Source: Thermoplasmatota archaeon
Lineage (GTDB): Archaea > Thermoplasmatota > Penumbrarchaeia > Penumbrarchaeales > Penumbrarchaeaceae
DNA: 64,000 bases
Assembly: GCA_025457865.1 (NCBI GenBank)
Contig: JALOTP010000001.1
Span: 96,457 to 160,456, forward strand
Reading direction: 5' to 3'
Under the pieces are notes generated by a model, which was given only the letters and a program-made list of their open reading frames with translations, had not been told where the DNA came from and made no database searches. A program made the translations under genes and the position numbers. This document shows, in pieces, positions 26,743 through 37,068 of this stretch (its first letter is position 1; each line of letters starts with the position of its first letter).

Positions 26743-27713
26743 AGGCCAGGAAAGGCGACCTTGACGTCCAGGGCAGACCGCTCGAGGAAAGCTACATCCT
26801 CAGCCGCGTCGGCATCAAGGGGGTCAAACGCCCCATCACCATAATGAGACCGGGAAAAGCGGTGGCCCTCTCACCTACCATAGATGTATCAGTGGACCTA
26901 CCGGCCGAGCAGAAGGGCTCTCACATGTCCAGGCACATGGAGGTGCTCAAGGAGGCAATAGACCAAGCTCTCAAGGAGGAGAACGATTCCCTGGAGCGGT
27001 TCGTCGAGAGGGTCGCCTTCGCCCTTCTCCGCTCACATGACTATGCAAGGTATGCCGATGTGAGGCTCTCCACGGACTATTTCCTGGAGAGGACCTCCCC
27101 GGACGAGCGCAAGGTCATGGAGAACTACAGGCTGTTCGCCGAGGCAAGGCTCATAAGGGGCAGCAGTAAGGCATACAGGTCCATAGGCGTCGAGGTCTCT
27201 GGGATGTCGGCCTGCCCCTGCGCCATGGAGAACGTGAGGGAGCTCATCAGGGAGGAGATGTTGGAAAAAGGAGCGGACGTATCCCTGCTCTCGATGCTGG
27301 ACGAATACCCTGCTCCGACCCATAACCAGAAGAACGTCGTACAGCTCGAAATAGGGGCCTCCAGCGTCCTGAATGTGGATGCCGATGACCTGATAGGACT
27401 TGTCGAGTCGCAGTTCTCGGCCCCGACCTTTGAGATATTGAAGAGAAGGGGCGAGGCCAAGCTGGTCCTGGACGCTCACAGGAACCCCAAGTTCGTCGAG
27501 GATATCGTCCGGGACATGATCCATGCGTTCCTTGACCGGTACAGGGAGCTGCCTGACGATGCCATGCTCCACGTGAGCTCGGTCTCACTGGAGTCCATTC
27601 ACAAGCATGATGCATTCGCCGAGAGGACAGCGACCCTGGGCGAGCTAAGGGAGGGGACGGGCCACCAAGGGAAGGCCGGTTCCAAAACAATTATACGTAC
27701 CGACAAGCCTTAA
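26739..27713 (+). CDS. mptA: GTP cyclohydrolase MptA/FolE2
   Basis: VDLPAEQKGSHMSR, GMSACPCA, THNQ, NPKFVEDIVR and ESIHKHDAFAE. Confidence 0.93.
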   Translation: MKARKGDLDVQGRPLEESYILSRVGIKGVKRPITIMRPGKAVALSPTIDVSVDLPAEQKGSHMSRHMEVLKEAIDQALKEENDSLERFVERVAFALLRSHDYARYADVRLSTDYFLERTSPDERKVMENYRLFAEARLIRGSSKAYRSIGVEVSGMSACPCAMENVRELIREEMLEKGADVSLLSMLDEYPAPTHNQKNVVQLEIGASSVLNVDADDLIGLVESQFSAPTFEILKRRGEAKLVLDAHRNPKFVEDIVRDMIHAFLDRYRELPDDAMLHVSSVSLESIHKHDAFAERTATLGELREGTGHQGKAGSKTIIRTDKP

Positions 27714-27724
27714 GGGAAGGGTCG

Positions 27725-28129
27725 ATGGAAATGAAGAAGATACTGGTCCCCACATCCGGATACATACCCGCCAAGGAGAGGGGCGATGCCATCATAGATG
27801 TGGCAAAGAGATTGGGGGCAGATGTGATCGTTGTACACATCAGGGACCCTGCGCATATCGCTCCCACGACAAAGGAATCGGAAGGATGGGCAGCCCTCAA
27901 GCTCTTCGAGGATAAGGGCAGGGCATCAGGCGTCAAGGTGAGCTCCTACTTCGCAACAGGCGAGCTCCTGCCGACCCTAAAGAGGTTCTCCGAGGAGCAC
28001 AGGCCAGACCTCATCTTGGTAGGGGCTTCCACGGACAGGTCAATAGCCCAGTGGGTCACATTCGAGCTGATATGCGACTGCGACGTGCCGGTCCTTGTGA
28101 TGCCCCAGGACATGAGCCACCTGATATGA
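27725..28129 (+). CDS. universal stress protein
   Basis: MKKILVPT, DLILVG and CDVPVLV. Confidence 0.88.
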   Translation: MEMKKILVPTSGYIPAKERGDAIIDVAKRLGADVIVVHIRDPAHIAPTTKESEGWAALKLFEDKGRASGVKVSSYFATGELLPTLKRFSEEHRPDLILVGASTDRSIAQWVTFELICDCDVPVLVMPQDMSHLI

Positions 28130-28244
28130 CCCGCCTGTCTCCGTCACCTTCACCCACCCCCCTATTTGAAGGCATTATAACCATACAGGTCTGGACCATT
28201 CTGCATTCATTTTCCAAAGGGATGGAGGGAAGGGTTGTCCATCG

Positions 28245-31200
28245 ATGGAAGGACAGGCTATGACCGGAAGCGATGTTGAGCTCATCAGGATGGCACGTGG
28301 GGACAGCGCCATGGACCTCGCTCGGGAGCTGTTCAAAGGGAAAGGGGGTCTAGATGGCGGTGCCCTGTTGGTCCTCCCTGACGAGAGGCTCTGCAGGGAG
28401 GTTAGGGCCAGGCTCGCGGGTGAAGGTGGGGCGGTGACGACCTGGGTCGTCACACCATGGGGCCTTGCAAGAGAGCTCTATACAAGGATGGGGCTCCCGG
28501 ACCCGGTCCTGGACAGGAAGGCAAGGCAGCTCCTTCTGCGCAGGGTCATGGAGAGGATCGGGAAGACCCCGCTGTCGCTCGATGAGGGTCCAAGGCCGGG
28601 GATGGTCCGGCACATCTCCGAAACCATTGAGGAGCTCATCCTGAACGGTGTGGCACCGGATGAGGTGAAAGGTGCGGCAAGGACGGAGAGGGCGAAGGCG
28701 CTATCACAGGTCCATACCGCCTACATGGCGGAACTGAGGGGGCTGGGGCTCATAGACACTGCAGAGGTCCCGGACCTCGTCCTCCAGGCACTGAAGGGGG
28801 GCAGTCCCCTGCCGCCATGGGACTCGGTAGGCTTCTACATGGTAGCGGACCAACCCGCACTGTTCTCCCAGCTCTTCTCGTTCATCATAGCATCCGCTCC
28901 ACGCACCCTGATAGTGGACACTGTTCACGGGAGCGCCCCGTCGTTCATCCCGCCCGGTGCAACGGTCCGGGAGCTCTCGGGCGGGGGACCGGCAAGGTTC
29001 GAGGTCCCCCTGGAGGGTTCGGGGATGAGGGGGGTCATCCGCTCCAGAGGGCCCATGGATAACATCATAGGACAGGACTGGAGCGAAGAGCTCCGGAGGG
29101 CGGCAAGGAGGATCAAGAGGACCATACTGGAAGATGGCTCGAGCCCCGCCACCATGGGCATCATGCTGCCTTCGGAGAGGAAGACGGACCCTTGGACCTT
29201 TTCGGTCCTCAGGGAATACGGGGTCCCTTTCGACCAGGGCAGCAGGTACAGGGTCCTTGACGTCCCGGTCGTAAGAGGGCTCCTTGACCTCTTCAGGTCC
29301 GCCGACCAGGGCTTCCCAAGGGAGGTCCTGCTTCCCGCTCTCTCCCTCCCCCAGTACGGTCTCAGGGACGATGAGGGAAGGTCATTCTCCCCGACCGAGC
29401 TGGAGCAGCTAACCAGGGAGGCTTTTGTGATAGGGGGCGGCATGGACCCAGTCAGGTCATGGACCGGCCCCATCTCCATGCTCTCCAAGGATGAGGGCAA
29501 GGGAGAGAGGCTCAGGGATGTCGCAGCAAGGGCCCTTGGCCCTCTGGAGAGATTGCTCACATCCATCTCCGACCTCAACAGGTCAAAGAGGAGCGTGGAG
29601 GAGCATCTCGAGGGGATGCTAAGGGTCTGGGGATCGCTGGGTGCTCTCAAGCTCGCTGAAAAGGATGATGATAGGTCTGACCCCATGGACGGGGCCAGTA
29701 TCGCATCCAGGGCGTTCTCGAAGCTTATGGATGCATTCTCGGCCGTGAGGGCCCATACGGTCCTCTCCGGAATGGAAAGGACCAATCTCAGGGACGTTCT
29801 GGAGCTGCTCGGTTCCGAGCTATCGGCATCCTGGCTCGAGGAAGGGCAGGGTCAGGGTGGCATAAGGGTCCTATCATATGACGAAGGGACCGGTATGGCC
29901 TTCAAGCACCTCTTCGTCCTGGGGTGCAACGAGGGGAGCATGCCGCCAAGGGAGGGCGGCTTCTCCCTGCTATCGGACATGGAGAGGAGGGACCTGGGCC
30001 TCCCCCCACTGAACAACAGGAGGCAGGCACTTGAACGGCTCTGCCTGGCATTATCATCGGCGGAGCACCCAGTCATCACCATGCATAGGACAGAGGGAGG
30101 CAGCCCAAGCCTTCCCTCTCCGTTCATAGAGGCTCTCCAGCTCGAACCCCTGCCGGATGACGGCCTTCCCATGTCCGAGCAGGAGGTTCAGAGGAGGTTC
30201 TCGGAGCTCAGGGACCCGCTTGCACTAGCTCTGAGCGGAGCGAATGGGAATACCGATCCCAGGCTCAGGGACGGTGAGGCGCTCCTCTCTCATCTGAATG
30301 AGATGACCGGAGGATATGTACGTGCCTCATCCGAGGGCCGGTCCAGGGACATGGTACTGGCCTCCGCAGGTCTGAAGGGTGTCATAGAGGACATCGCACT
30401 TCTCAAGGACCTGGGCGAACGCTTCGGCCCGTTGCACATCTGGTCCGCATCCAGGCTCGAGAGGTTGAGGATATGCCCGTATTCGTTCCTGGTCCGCTAT
30501 GTCATGGGAGTGCAGGAGCTGGACGAGGTCAGGCCTGAGGTGGGGCCCGACAAGCTCGGGACCATATTCCACTCTGCGGCGGAATCGTTCTACTCGAATT
30601 GGAGGGGCAGGACAGTAGGAAGGGTCCTTCCGGCCGAGACGGCCGCTGCGGAGGCGGCAATGAACGAAGCCGCCGCTTCCATCATGGCGGGCTACAGTTA
30701 TTCGGGACCTTACTGGGATGCCGTTAGGGAGAGGCTGCTGGGGGACGGCAGGAGGCCTGGTATGGTCCGGGGGTTCATAGAGAGCGAAGCCCTCTACAGA
30801 GGGGCCTTCGGCGTGTCCAGGACCGAGCTCAAGTTCGGCATGCCGGAGGATGTGGACGGCCACCCTGCGGTAAGATTGGGCGATATCGGCAGCTCGGTCG
30901 AGATGGCGTCCTTCCTTTTCAGGGGGTCCATAGACAGGGTCGATACCGTTGACCTGAGCACGTCCAAGGGTTTCTTCATCTGGGACTACAAGACGGGTTC
31001 CAACAAGGAGGACAACAAGAGCCTGCAGCTTCCCCTGTACCTCCTTGCGGCATCGAGGCTCCTCGAAGGCCAGACGCCTGCCGGCGGGGGCTACTATTAC
31101 GTGAGGAGGCCAGGCGACATCCAGCGGCAGATCATGCTCGGAGCCGAGGTATGGGACTCGCACGGGCCGACCAGGGAGATGCTCGGATCCGTCGCCAAGG

Positions 31201-31343
31201 GATCGTTGTCCAAGATGAAGGACGCCCTGGATACGGCCCTTGACCTCATAGCATCGGCAAGGAACGGCTCCTTCCCGCCCAAGGAGAGATGCAGCGACAG
31301 GTACTGCCGGTTCGGCGATGTCTGCAGGAGGGGGGACCTCTGA
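28245..31343 (+). CDS. AddB-like subunit (inactive helicase + Fe-S PD-(D/E)XK nuclease)
   Basis: WSASRLE..ICPY, GTIFH, RGSIDRVD, DYKTG, LQLPLY and C-terminal CSDRYCRFGDVC (four Cys in total). Confidence 0.88.
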   Translation: MEGQAMTGSDVELIRMARGDSAMDLARELFKGKGGLDGGALLVLPDERLCREVRARLAGEGGAVTTWVVTPWGLARELYTRMGLPDPVLDRKARQLLLRRVMERIGKTPLSLDEGPRPGMVRHISETIEELILNGVAPDEVKGAARTERAKALSQVHTAYMAELRGLGLIDTAEVPDLVLQALKGGSPLPPWDSVGFYMVADQPALFSQLFSFIIASAPRTLIVDTVHGSAPSFIPPGATVRELSGGGPARFEVPLEGSGMRGVIRSRGPMDNIIGQDWSEELRRAARRIKRTILEDGSSPATMGIMLPSERKTDPWTFSVLREYGVPFDQGSRYRVLDVPVVRGLLDLFRSADQGFPREVLLPALSLPQYGLRDDEGRSFSPTELEQLTREAFVIGGGMDPVRSWTGPISMLSKDEGKGERLRDVAARALGPLERLLTSISDLNRSKRSVEEHLEGMLRVWGSLGALKLAEKDDDRSDPMDGASIASRAFSKLMDAFSAVRAHTVLSGMERTNLRDVLELLGSELSASWLEEGQGQGGIRVLSYDEGTGMAFKHLFVLGCNEGSMPPREGGFSLLSDMERRDLGLPPLNNRRQALERLCLALSSAEHPVITMHRTEGGSPSLPSPFIEALQLEPLPDDGLPMSEQEVQRRFSELRDPLALALSGANGNTDPRLRDGEALLSHLNEMTGGYVRASSEGRSRDMVLASAGLKGVIEDIALLKDLGERFGPLHIWSASRLERLRICPYSFLVRYVMGVQELDEVRPEVGPDKLGTIFHSAAESFYSNWRGRTVGRVLPAETAAAEAAMNEAAASIMAGYSYSGPYWDAVRERLLGDGRRPGMVRGFIESEALYRGAFGVSRTELKFGMPEDVDGHPAVRLGDIGSSVEMASFLFRGSIDRVDTVDLSTSKGFFIWDYKTGSNKEDNKSLQLPLYLLAASRLLEGQTPAGGGYYYVRRPGDIQRQIMLGAEVWDSHGPTREMLGSVAKGSLSKMKDALDTALDLIASARNGSFPPKERCSDRYCRFGDVCRRGDL

Positions 31344-34300
31344 TGGACCTAACGCCAAGGCAGAAGGAGGCGCTGGTGACATCGCTTGACGTAAGCGTCA
31401 ATGCGGGGGCGGGGTCCGGGAAGACCAAGGTTCTCGTAGAGCGATATCTCAGGGTCCTTGAGGAGGACCCCTCGCTATCCCCCGGCTCCATCCTTGCCCT
31501 CACATTCACCGACAAGGCCGCCTCCGAGATGAGGGCCCGCGTGAGGAAGGGGATAAGGGAGCGGGCCGATGCAGCTGGCGGCAGGTGGGAGGCGATGCTC
31601 ACCGAGCTCGAGGGCGCCGACATATCCACCATCCATTCGTTCTGTATGAGGCTGCTCCGGGAGGACCCTGTGCCCCTTGGCCTCGACCCCGATATGGGCG
31701 TTGTGACGGACATGGGGGCGGAAGAGCTCCTGACCGAGACCATGTCCGAACTGCTCCTCAAGGACGGTCCGACCTCGAGCCCCCTCAAGCGTCTGATGAT
31801 GGATATGAACCACGGCAAGCTCTCTGATGCCATCAGGTCGCTCCTCAGGGACAGGGGCCGGCTCGTGGAGGATATCACAGGAAGGTCCTTCATCGAACGC
31901 TCACGGGAATTGCTCATAACGCTCCAGACCGAGGCCATGGACAAGGCCCGAAGGGAGCTCGCCGGCATCGTTCCCTCTCTGAAGAAGCTCTCTGTTGCCA
32001 GATACCACCCTAGCAAGAGCGACAGGATGATACCTGTAATGGAGGCCTTGAGGCCTGTTCTCGATATGTTCAAAGGCCCCGAAGGGGACATAGGCCAGCC
32101 CCTGGCAGAACGGACCATGGAAGGGCTCTACCTTGCCAGGGACGTCCTGCTGACCAAGGAAGGAGCGCCCAGGGCGTTCACCGGTACAGGCAGTTCCCAC
32201 GCTTGGGGGGACGACCTGTTCCCTGTAAGGCAGGCGATGATCTCCATCGCCACCTACGTCCATGACAATGTAACGGCGCTCAGGTTCGCAGGTAACGGGA
32301 AGCTCCTTGAGAGGGCCTTGGAGCGGCATGACGACCTGATGACGGTCCTTGGGGCTGTGGTCGAAGAGCTCTCGAGGCGCAAGCGGGAAAGGAACCTTGT
32401 CGATTTCGACGACCAGATCGCCATGGCCCTGAGGATGATGGAAGGGAACTTAAGCGGTGTGACGGACAGGCTCCGAAGGAGGTACCGCCAGATAATGGTG
32501 GACGAGTTCCAGGACACGGACCCAAGGCAGTGGAGGATGGTCTCACTGCTATGGGACGGCGGAAAGGGCGGCAAGCTGTTCATCGTAGGCGATCCCAAAC
32601 AGTCCATCTACGGTTTCAGGTCGGCCGACGTTAGGCTCTTCAGCAGGGCAAGGGAGGCCATCTCGGCGGGACCAGGCGGGAAGGATGTCATCCTGGACAG
32701 GAACTTCAGGTCCCGCAGGGAGCTCATGCATTTCGTCAATTCGCTTTTCGAACGTGTGTTCCCGTCCGGGGGCGGCCCCGGCGAATGGGGGGCAGCCTAT
32801 GACCCGCTCGATCCGGAGAGGGGGCCCGGTGGAAGCATCACGGTCGTAGGGGTCACCGGCACCAAGGATGCCGAGGCCAGGGAAGGAGCGTTCGCCGTCG
32901 AGGCCATAAGGAAGGCGGTGGGGAAGGAGATGGTGGAGGATGAGGAGGGCAAGCTGAGGCCCATGCGCTATTCGGACATTTCCATCCTCCTGCCCTACAG
33001 GACCCGGTCCAAGGCCTACGAGGACGCCCTGAGGTCCTCTTCCATACCCTATCAGATCAACAAGGGGAAGGGGTTTTTCGACAGGCAGGAGGTCAGGGAC
33101 GTATTGGAACTTGCGGCATTCATAGCGAACCCTAACGACGGTGTGGCCCTCCTCTCGGTGCTCAAGGGCCCATTCTTCTCCATGGGGGATGAGGAACTCA
33201 TCAGGATTGCCCTGAGCAGGGGGCAGACGCTTATGGAGAGGGTGCGGAGCTCGGGCCATGATGATATAGCCGCTTGTCTTGATGAGTGCACGGGCATTGT
33301 CCAGGCCTACCCTCATGTCCAGGCTCTGGAGATGGTCCTCAGTAGGGTCGGCGCTTTCGCCCTCTCGGGAGGGCGGAGGGGGCACAGGAACCTGGACAAG
33401 CTTCTCGAATGGGCGTCCGCACAGAGGACGGCTGAAGGGTGGTGCGGGCTTGTGAGGACCCTCAGGGCTGCGGTCGAGGACCCGCCCATGGAAGGGGAGC
33501 CGTCCTTCAATCCCGAGAGCGATGCGGTCTCCGTTCTCACGGTCCATGCGGCAAAGGGGCTCGAGTGGCCTTTCGTCATAGTGCTGGGACTGCACCATGA
33601 GCCGAATACGGACCGCGATGACCACCTCCTTGACCCGGACCGCGGCCTGGGCATAAAGGTCATGGACGACAGGGAAGGCCGGTTCTCCAGGACATCGGCC
33701 TACGAGCATGTCCTGGGCATACATGAGGAGAAGATGGCCCAGGAGAGGAAGAGGGTCCTGTATGTCGCCTGCACAAGGGCAAAGGACCATCTCCTCCTCA
33801 GCGGGGTCTCGTCCAGCGGTATGGACGGTTCAAAGGGCCCCACGGGCTCCATGGCCCTCTTGATGGAGGGCCTGGGCATAGAAGCGGGGGCTTTCAAGGA
33901 CGGGCATCTGAGGATGGGGGATGTCGATGTAAGACTAGTAGCCCTGGACCTATCCGAGGTCCGTCCATTGGAGGAAGGGGAGCTCGGAAATGCCGAGGCA
34001 GCAGGGGCAATATCGGACAAGGACCCTTTCAGGTTCATGAAGTCAGCGCTCCCGGAGATCGGTGCGAGATTGTTGAACCCCACATCAAGGGAGGTCCTTG
34101 ATGAGATAATGGCCGAGATGGGAATGGAAAAGGGTCGGTCCACCGGCGGACCGGAGGAGAGGATGCTCCTGGGCGGTCCGTCCCCCAGGACCATGGGGGA
34201 GATGGTCCATTCCGTGATGATGGGCGCACCCGTTGAAAGGGTAACCAGGGAGCAAGGGTATCCCGATGCCGCAGGCCTGGTGGAGGAAAGGGTCGGTTCC

Positions 34301-34567
34301 ATCAAAGGCCGTTTGGCGGGCAGACCGATAGCAAGGGAGTGGAGGGAGCTTGAGGTCTGCACCAGCGTCCAGATAGGGAAGCTCGGGAAGGTGAGGCTCA
34401 TGGGCAGGATGGACCTGGTGCTTAAGCTGGATGACGGTCGCTATCTTATCATCGATTTCAAGACCGGCCGTGACAGACCAGAGTATCGGGCACAGCTCGA
34501 GGTCTACAGGAGGATGCTCTCAACATTGGTGGATGCCACCGTCGATGTGGAAGTGCTCGCGGCATAG
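31343..34567 (+). CDS. AddA-like UvrD helicase-nuclease
   Basis: AGAGSGKT, TFTDKAA.EM, STIHSFC, VDEFQDT, VGDPKQSIYGFR, TVHAAKGLEW, YVACTRAK and nuclease GRMDL..IIDFKTG..QL.VY. The ATG overlaps the upstream TGA. Confidence 0.93.
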   Translation: MDLTPRQKEALVTSLDVSVNAGAGSGKTKVLVERYLRVLEEDPSLSPGSILALTFTDKAASEMRARVRKGIRERADAAGGRWEAMLTELEGADISTIHSFCMRLLREDPVPLGLDPDMGVVTDMGAEELLTETMSELLLKDGPTSSPLKRLMMDMNHGKLSDAIRSLLRDRGRLVEDITGRSFIERSRELLITLQTEAMDKARRELAGIVPSLKKLSVARYHPSKSDRMIPVMEALRPVLDMFKGPEGDIGQPLAERTMEGLYLARDVLLTKEGAPRAFTGTGSSHAWGDDLFPVRQAMISIATYVHDNVTALRFAGNGKLLERALERHDDLMTVLGAVVEELSRRKRERNLVDFDDQIAMALRMMEGNLSGVTDRLRRRYRQIMVDEFQDTDPRQWRMVSLLWDGGKGGKLFIVGDPKQSIYGFRSADVRLFSRAREAISAGPGGKDVILDRNFRSRRELMHFVNSLFERVFPSGGGPGEWGAAYDPLDPERGPGGSITVVGVTGTKDAEAREGAFAVEAIRKAVGKEMVEDEEGKLRPMRYSDISILLPYRTRSKAYEDALRSSSIPYQINKGKGFFDRQEVRDVLELAAFIANPNDGVALLSVLKGPFFSMGDEELIRIALSRGQTLMERVRSSGHDDIAACLDECTGIVQAYPHVQALEMVLSRVGAFALSGGRRGHRNLDKLLEWASAQRTAEGWCGLVRTLRAAVEDPPMEGEPSFNPESDAVSVLTVHAAKGLEWPFVIVLGLHHEPNTDRDDHLLDPDRGLGIKVMDDREGRFSRTSAYEHVLGIHEEKMAQERKRVLYVACTRAKDHLLLSGVSSSGMDGSKGPTGSMALLMEGLGIEAGAFKDGHLRMGDVDVRLVALDLSEVRPLEEGELGNAEAAGAISDKDPFRFMKSALPEIGARLLNPTSREVLDEIMAEMGMEKGRSTGGPEERMLLGGPSPRTMGEMVHSVMMGAPVERVTREQGYPDAAGLVEERVGSIKGRLAGRPIAREWRELEVCTSVQIGKLGKVRLMGRMDLVLKLDDGRYLIIDFKTGRDRPEYRAQLEVYRRMLSTLVDATVDVEVLAA

Positions 34568-34573
34568 TTCCTA

Positions 34574-36655
34574 TCAACTTCCGGGCGGACCCTGCACGAA
34601 CATCTCTTTGCAGCTCGGACATGCAGAAGTGCCCTCGGCCACTTCGGACCCGCACTTCGAGCAGGTAAGTACCTCTTCGAAGATGGCCCCGCAGCCCTGG
34701 CACCTCATATCTCCCGGGGCCATACCGGTCCCGCACTCGGGGCAGGGCTCGGACCCTTCATCATCCTTATCCAGATCATCCTCATCATCTTCCGCTTCGT
34801 CCTCCTCATCTATGTCGTCCGCGGGAGGCTCCGCTCCATCCGAGCTCCCTTCACAGGACTGGCTGGATGCATCTTTGGCATCGGGGGCTGCCGATATTGG
34901 CGAAGTTCCCTGCTCCGCCTCCTCCTTGGAGCGCTCTTTCCTTGTCAAGAGCATGACGATGAGAGCGATAACTGCGAGGATGACGACCGCGATGATGATG
35001 ACCTCCCAGGGGAACCCCTCATCCTCCTCTTCTACCCTTATCTCAACGGTATCTGTGGATTCGAGGTCCCCGTCGGTCGCGTGGAGTGTGTAGGTGTACT
35101 TTCCGGAGGGGAGGTCGAAGACCTTGACAGAGGCCCCGTTTGCCCTCCATGAAGAGGCTTTGCTCCTTGTCCACCAGACTGTGACCTTGTCACCGTCGGG
35201 GTCGGTCGCGCTGGCCGACAGCGTGAACGCACCGCCCTCCTTGACCTTTTCCTGGTCGGATGCGGCCTTCGTTATGACAGGGGCCCTGTTGGCGTTCGAT
35301 GTGATGTTCTGGACGACCGTCCTTGTATTGCCCGCAGGGTCCTTGATGGTGACCGTTACGGTATGGCGGCCGGGAGCAAGGGACGGTATGGTAACGGTGC
35401 CGCCATGTGCGGTCCATTCGGGGTCGGTCGATATGGTCCATGTGAAGTTCAGTTCCTTTCCTTCGGGGTCCGATGCCTGGACGGTGAGCGTCACAGGCCG
35501 CCTCTCCCTCACTGTCAGGTCCTTGATTGCCCCAATGATGACGGGGCGCTTGTCATGTATTCGGGGGAGCGGGTCCTCGACATTGGGTATCTGGTCCCCG
35601 TCCATGTCGGGATCGAGCTCGTTCAATATGCCGTCGGAGTCCATGTCAAGGTCCAGCACCGTCGAGATGGATGACGGTCGCGCCTCATTGTAGTTCTCCG
35701 CCATCCTTTCAATGGTAGGCGCAGTGCCGGTGATGTCAGGGAAGCTGAGAATGGACATATCGAATGAGAACGTGCCTTCGAGACCGTCCTTCATTGCCCT
35801 GACCAGCGGTCTGACCACCGTTGTACCGGTCGGTGCCTCGAGAAGTGCAACGGAGTCCCCCTGCACCGTTCTGAACCGAAAGCCCCTGTCGGAAACGGAG
35901 AACTGCCCGGACCTGGTCTCGGGAGCGAAAAGGTGGTTAGACCCGTACATGACCTCGAGCTCGCAGTCGGGGGCTTCCTTCAGGACCATCAGAAGGAACC
36001 TGGTCCCGTTGCCTGCGACGGCATAGGGGTACGGGTACGGATCGATGAGCGTCCTGGGGGAACCGGGCTGTTCCGTTAAGAGGTCGGCGACCTCCAGCGT
36101 TATGGCCTCCTCTCCCATCCTTATCCCCGGGGAGGCCGGGGCATTGAAAAGGACCGAGATCTCAACGGTTTCGCTCTCGTTATCGACCATGTCCAGGGCA
36201 TCGTCAATGTTGCCGGCGACGTCGTACTGGGAGCTGCCTCCCGAGACCCTGCCGGGAAGGTCGTCCCTGGCGGCATATCGGATGGCGTCCCGGGCCGTTA
36301 TGGTCCAGTCCCATTCGTGTGGGATGGCGGGTTCGAACCAGGTGTGGCTGCCCGAGATCATGCTCGAACCCGGAACGGTGATGAACACTGTGTCAATATC
36401 GTTATCGGCATCATGGTTCTCGACCTTGAACGTCAGCTCTGCGCGTCTCCCGGCACCAAGTATGATGAGGCCCTCCGGGAGCGAAGGGTCGGACATGACG
36501 CCCTGGGTCCCTGATATGTCCGACATGACGTCCCCTCTCGAGATGGTGCTGCCGAAACCGCCATGGGACCTGTCAAGGAGCATGATGGCCCCCAACGAAC
36601 CAATGAGAACGACGAGCGCTATACTGACAGCTATCTTTTCGCTTGGAAGACCCAT
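34574..36655 (-). CDS. surface protein with Ca-binding/PKD-like domains, TM anchor and cytoplasmic double zinc ribbon
   Basis: N-terminal hydrophobic segment, DMDSDG/DMDGD, ASDPEG and ATDPDGD Ig-like units, TM, acidic linker, then CPEC-CQGC-CSKC-CPSC. Confidence 0.8.
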   Translation of the reverse strand: MGLPSEKIAVSIALVVLIGSLGAIMLLDRSHGGFGSTISRGDVMSDISGTQGVMSDPSLPEGLIILGAGRRAELTFKVENHDADNDIDTVFITVPGSSMISGSHTWFEPAIPHEWDWTITARDAIRYAARDDLPGRVSGGSSQYDVAGNIDDALDMVDNESETVEISVLFNAPASPGIRMGEEAITLEVADLLTEQPGSPRTLIDPYPYPYAVAGNGTRFLLMVLKEAPDCELEVMYGSNHLFAPETRSGQFSVSDRGFRFRTVQGDSVALLEAPTGTTVVRPLVRAMKDGLEGTFSFDMSILSFPDITGTAPTIERMAENYNEARPSSISTVLDLDMDSDGILNELDPDMDGDQIPNVEDPLPRIHDKRPVIIGAIKDLTVRERRPVTLTVQASDPEGKELNFTWTISTDPEWTAHGGTVTIPSLAPGRHTVTVTIKDPAGNTRTVVQNITSNANRAPVITKAASDQEKVKEGGAFTLSASATDPDGDKVTVWWTRSKASSWRANGASVKVFDLPSGKYTYTLHATDGDLESTDTVEIRVEEEDEGFPWEVIIIAVVILAVIALIVMLLTRKERSKEEAEQGTSPISAAPDAKDASSQSCEGSSDGAEPPADDIDEEDEAEDDEDDLDKDDEGSEPCPECGTGMAPGDMRCQGCGAIFEEVLTCSKCGSEVAEGTSACPSCKEMFVQGPPGS

Positions 36656-36850
36656 GATATCACTCCATTGCCATCTAAGGAATGAGTGCTAGGATGCTCA
36701 CATCATATATCCTTTTCTGAACGGTTCTACGAAATGTGGAAGTGTCCACTACCATGAATGTATCCAGATCCGATTAAGTTTCATTATTATTGATATTTAT
36801 AAAGTAAGATTAAAATATCTATATCGTTCGTGAAGCATCCTGGTGAGTTC

Positions 36851-37036
36851 ATGGAAAAGAAGTTCGAAGCCAAGGTCATATACCTGAGCGTAGGGGATGC
36901 CAAGAAGAGCGCCACGGGTAAGATAGAGCCTACCCAGAACTACATAAACGTGGAACTAAAACCCTCCAAGAGGAGGTCCAAGTTCGATACCATACTCATC
37001 CCCTGGAGCCGGGTCGTGAAGGTCATAGTCTATTGA
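36851..37036 (+). CDS. small basic beta-rich protein (possible Sm/SH3-like fold)
   Basis: TTTATAAA promoter upstream, GGTGA RBS, ATG at 36851, host-like codon usage, ends ILIPWSRVVKVIVY. Confidence 0.7.
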   Translation: MEKKFEAKVIYLSVGDAKKSATGKIEPTQNYINVELKPSKRRSKFDTILIPWSRVVKVIVY

Positions 37037-37068
37037 GACAGGACCTTACGGACGGAGCCTTAGGGCCA

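Noticed and set aside
30430-31343. Cas4-like Fe-S nuclease
   Set aside because: It is the C-terminal domain of the AddB-like subunit, and no cas genes or array are nearby.
28925-34401. Several long minus-strand ORFs (286, 351, 290, 413 and 233 aa)
   Set aside because: All are antisense to the motif-complete addAB-like genes.
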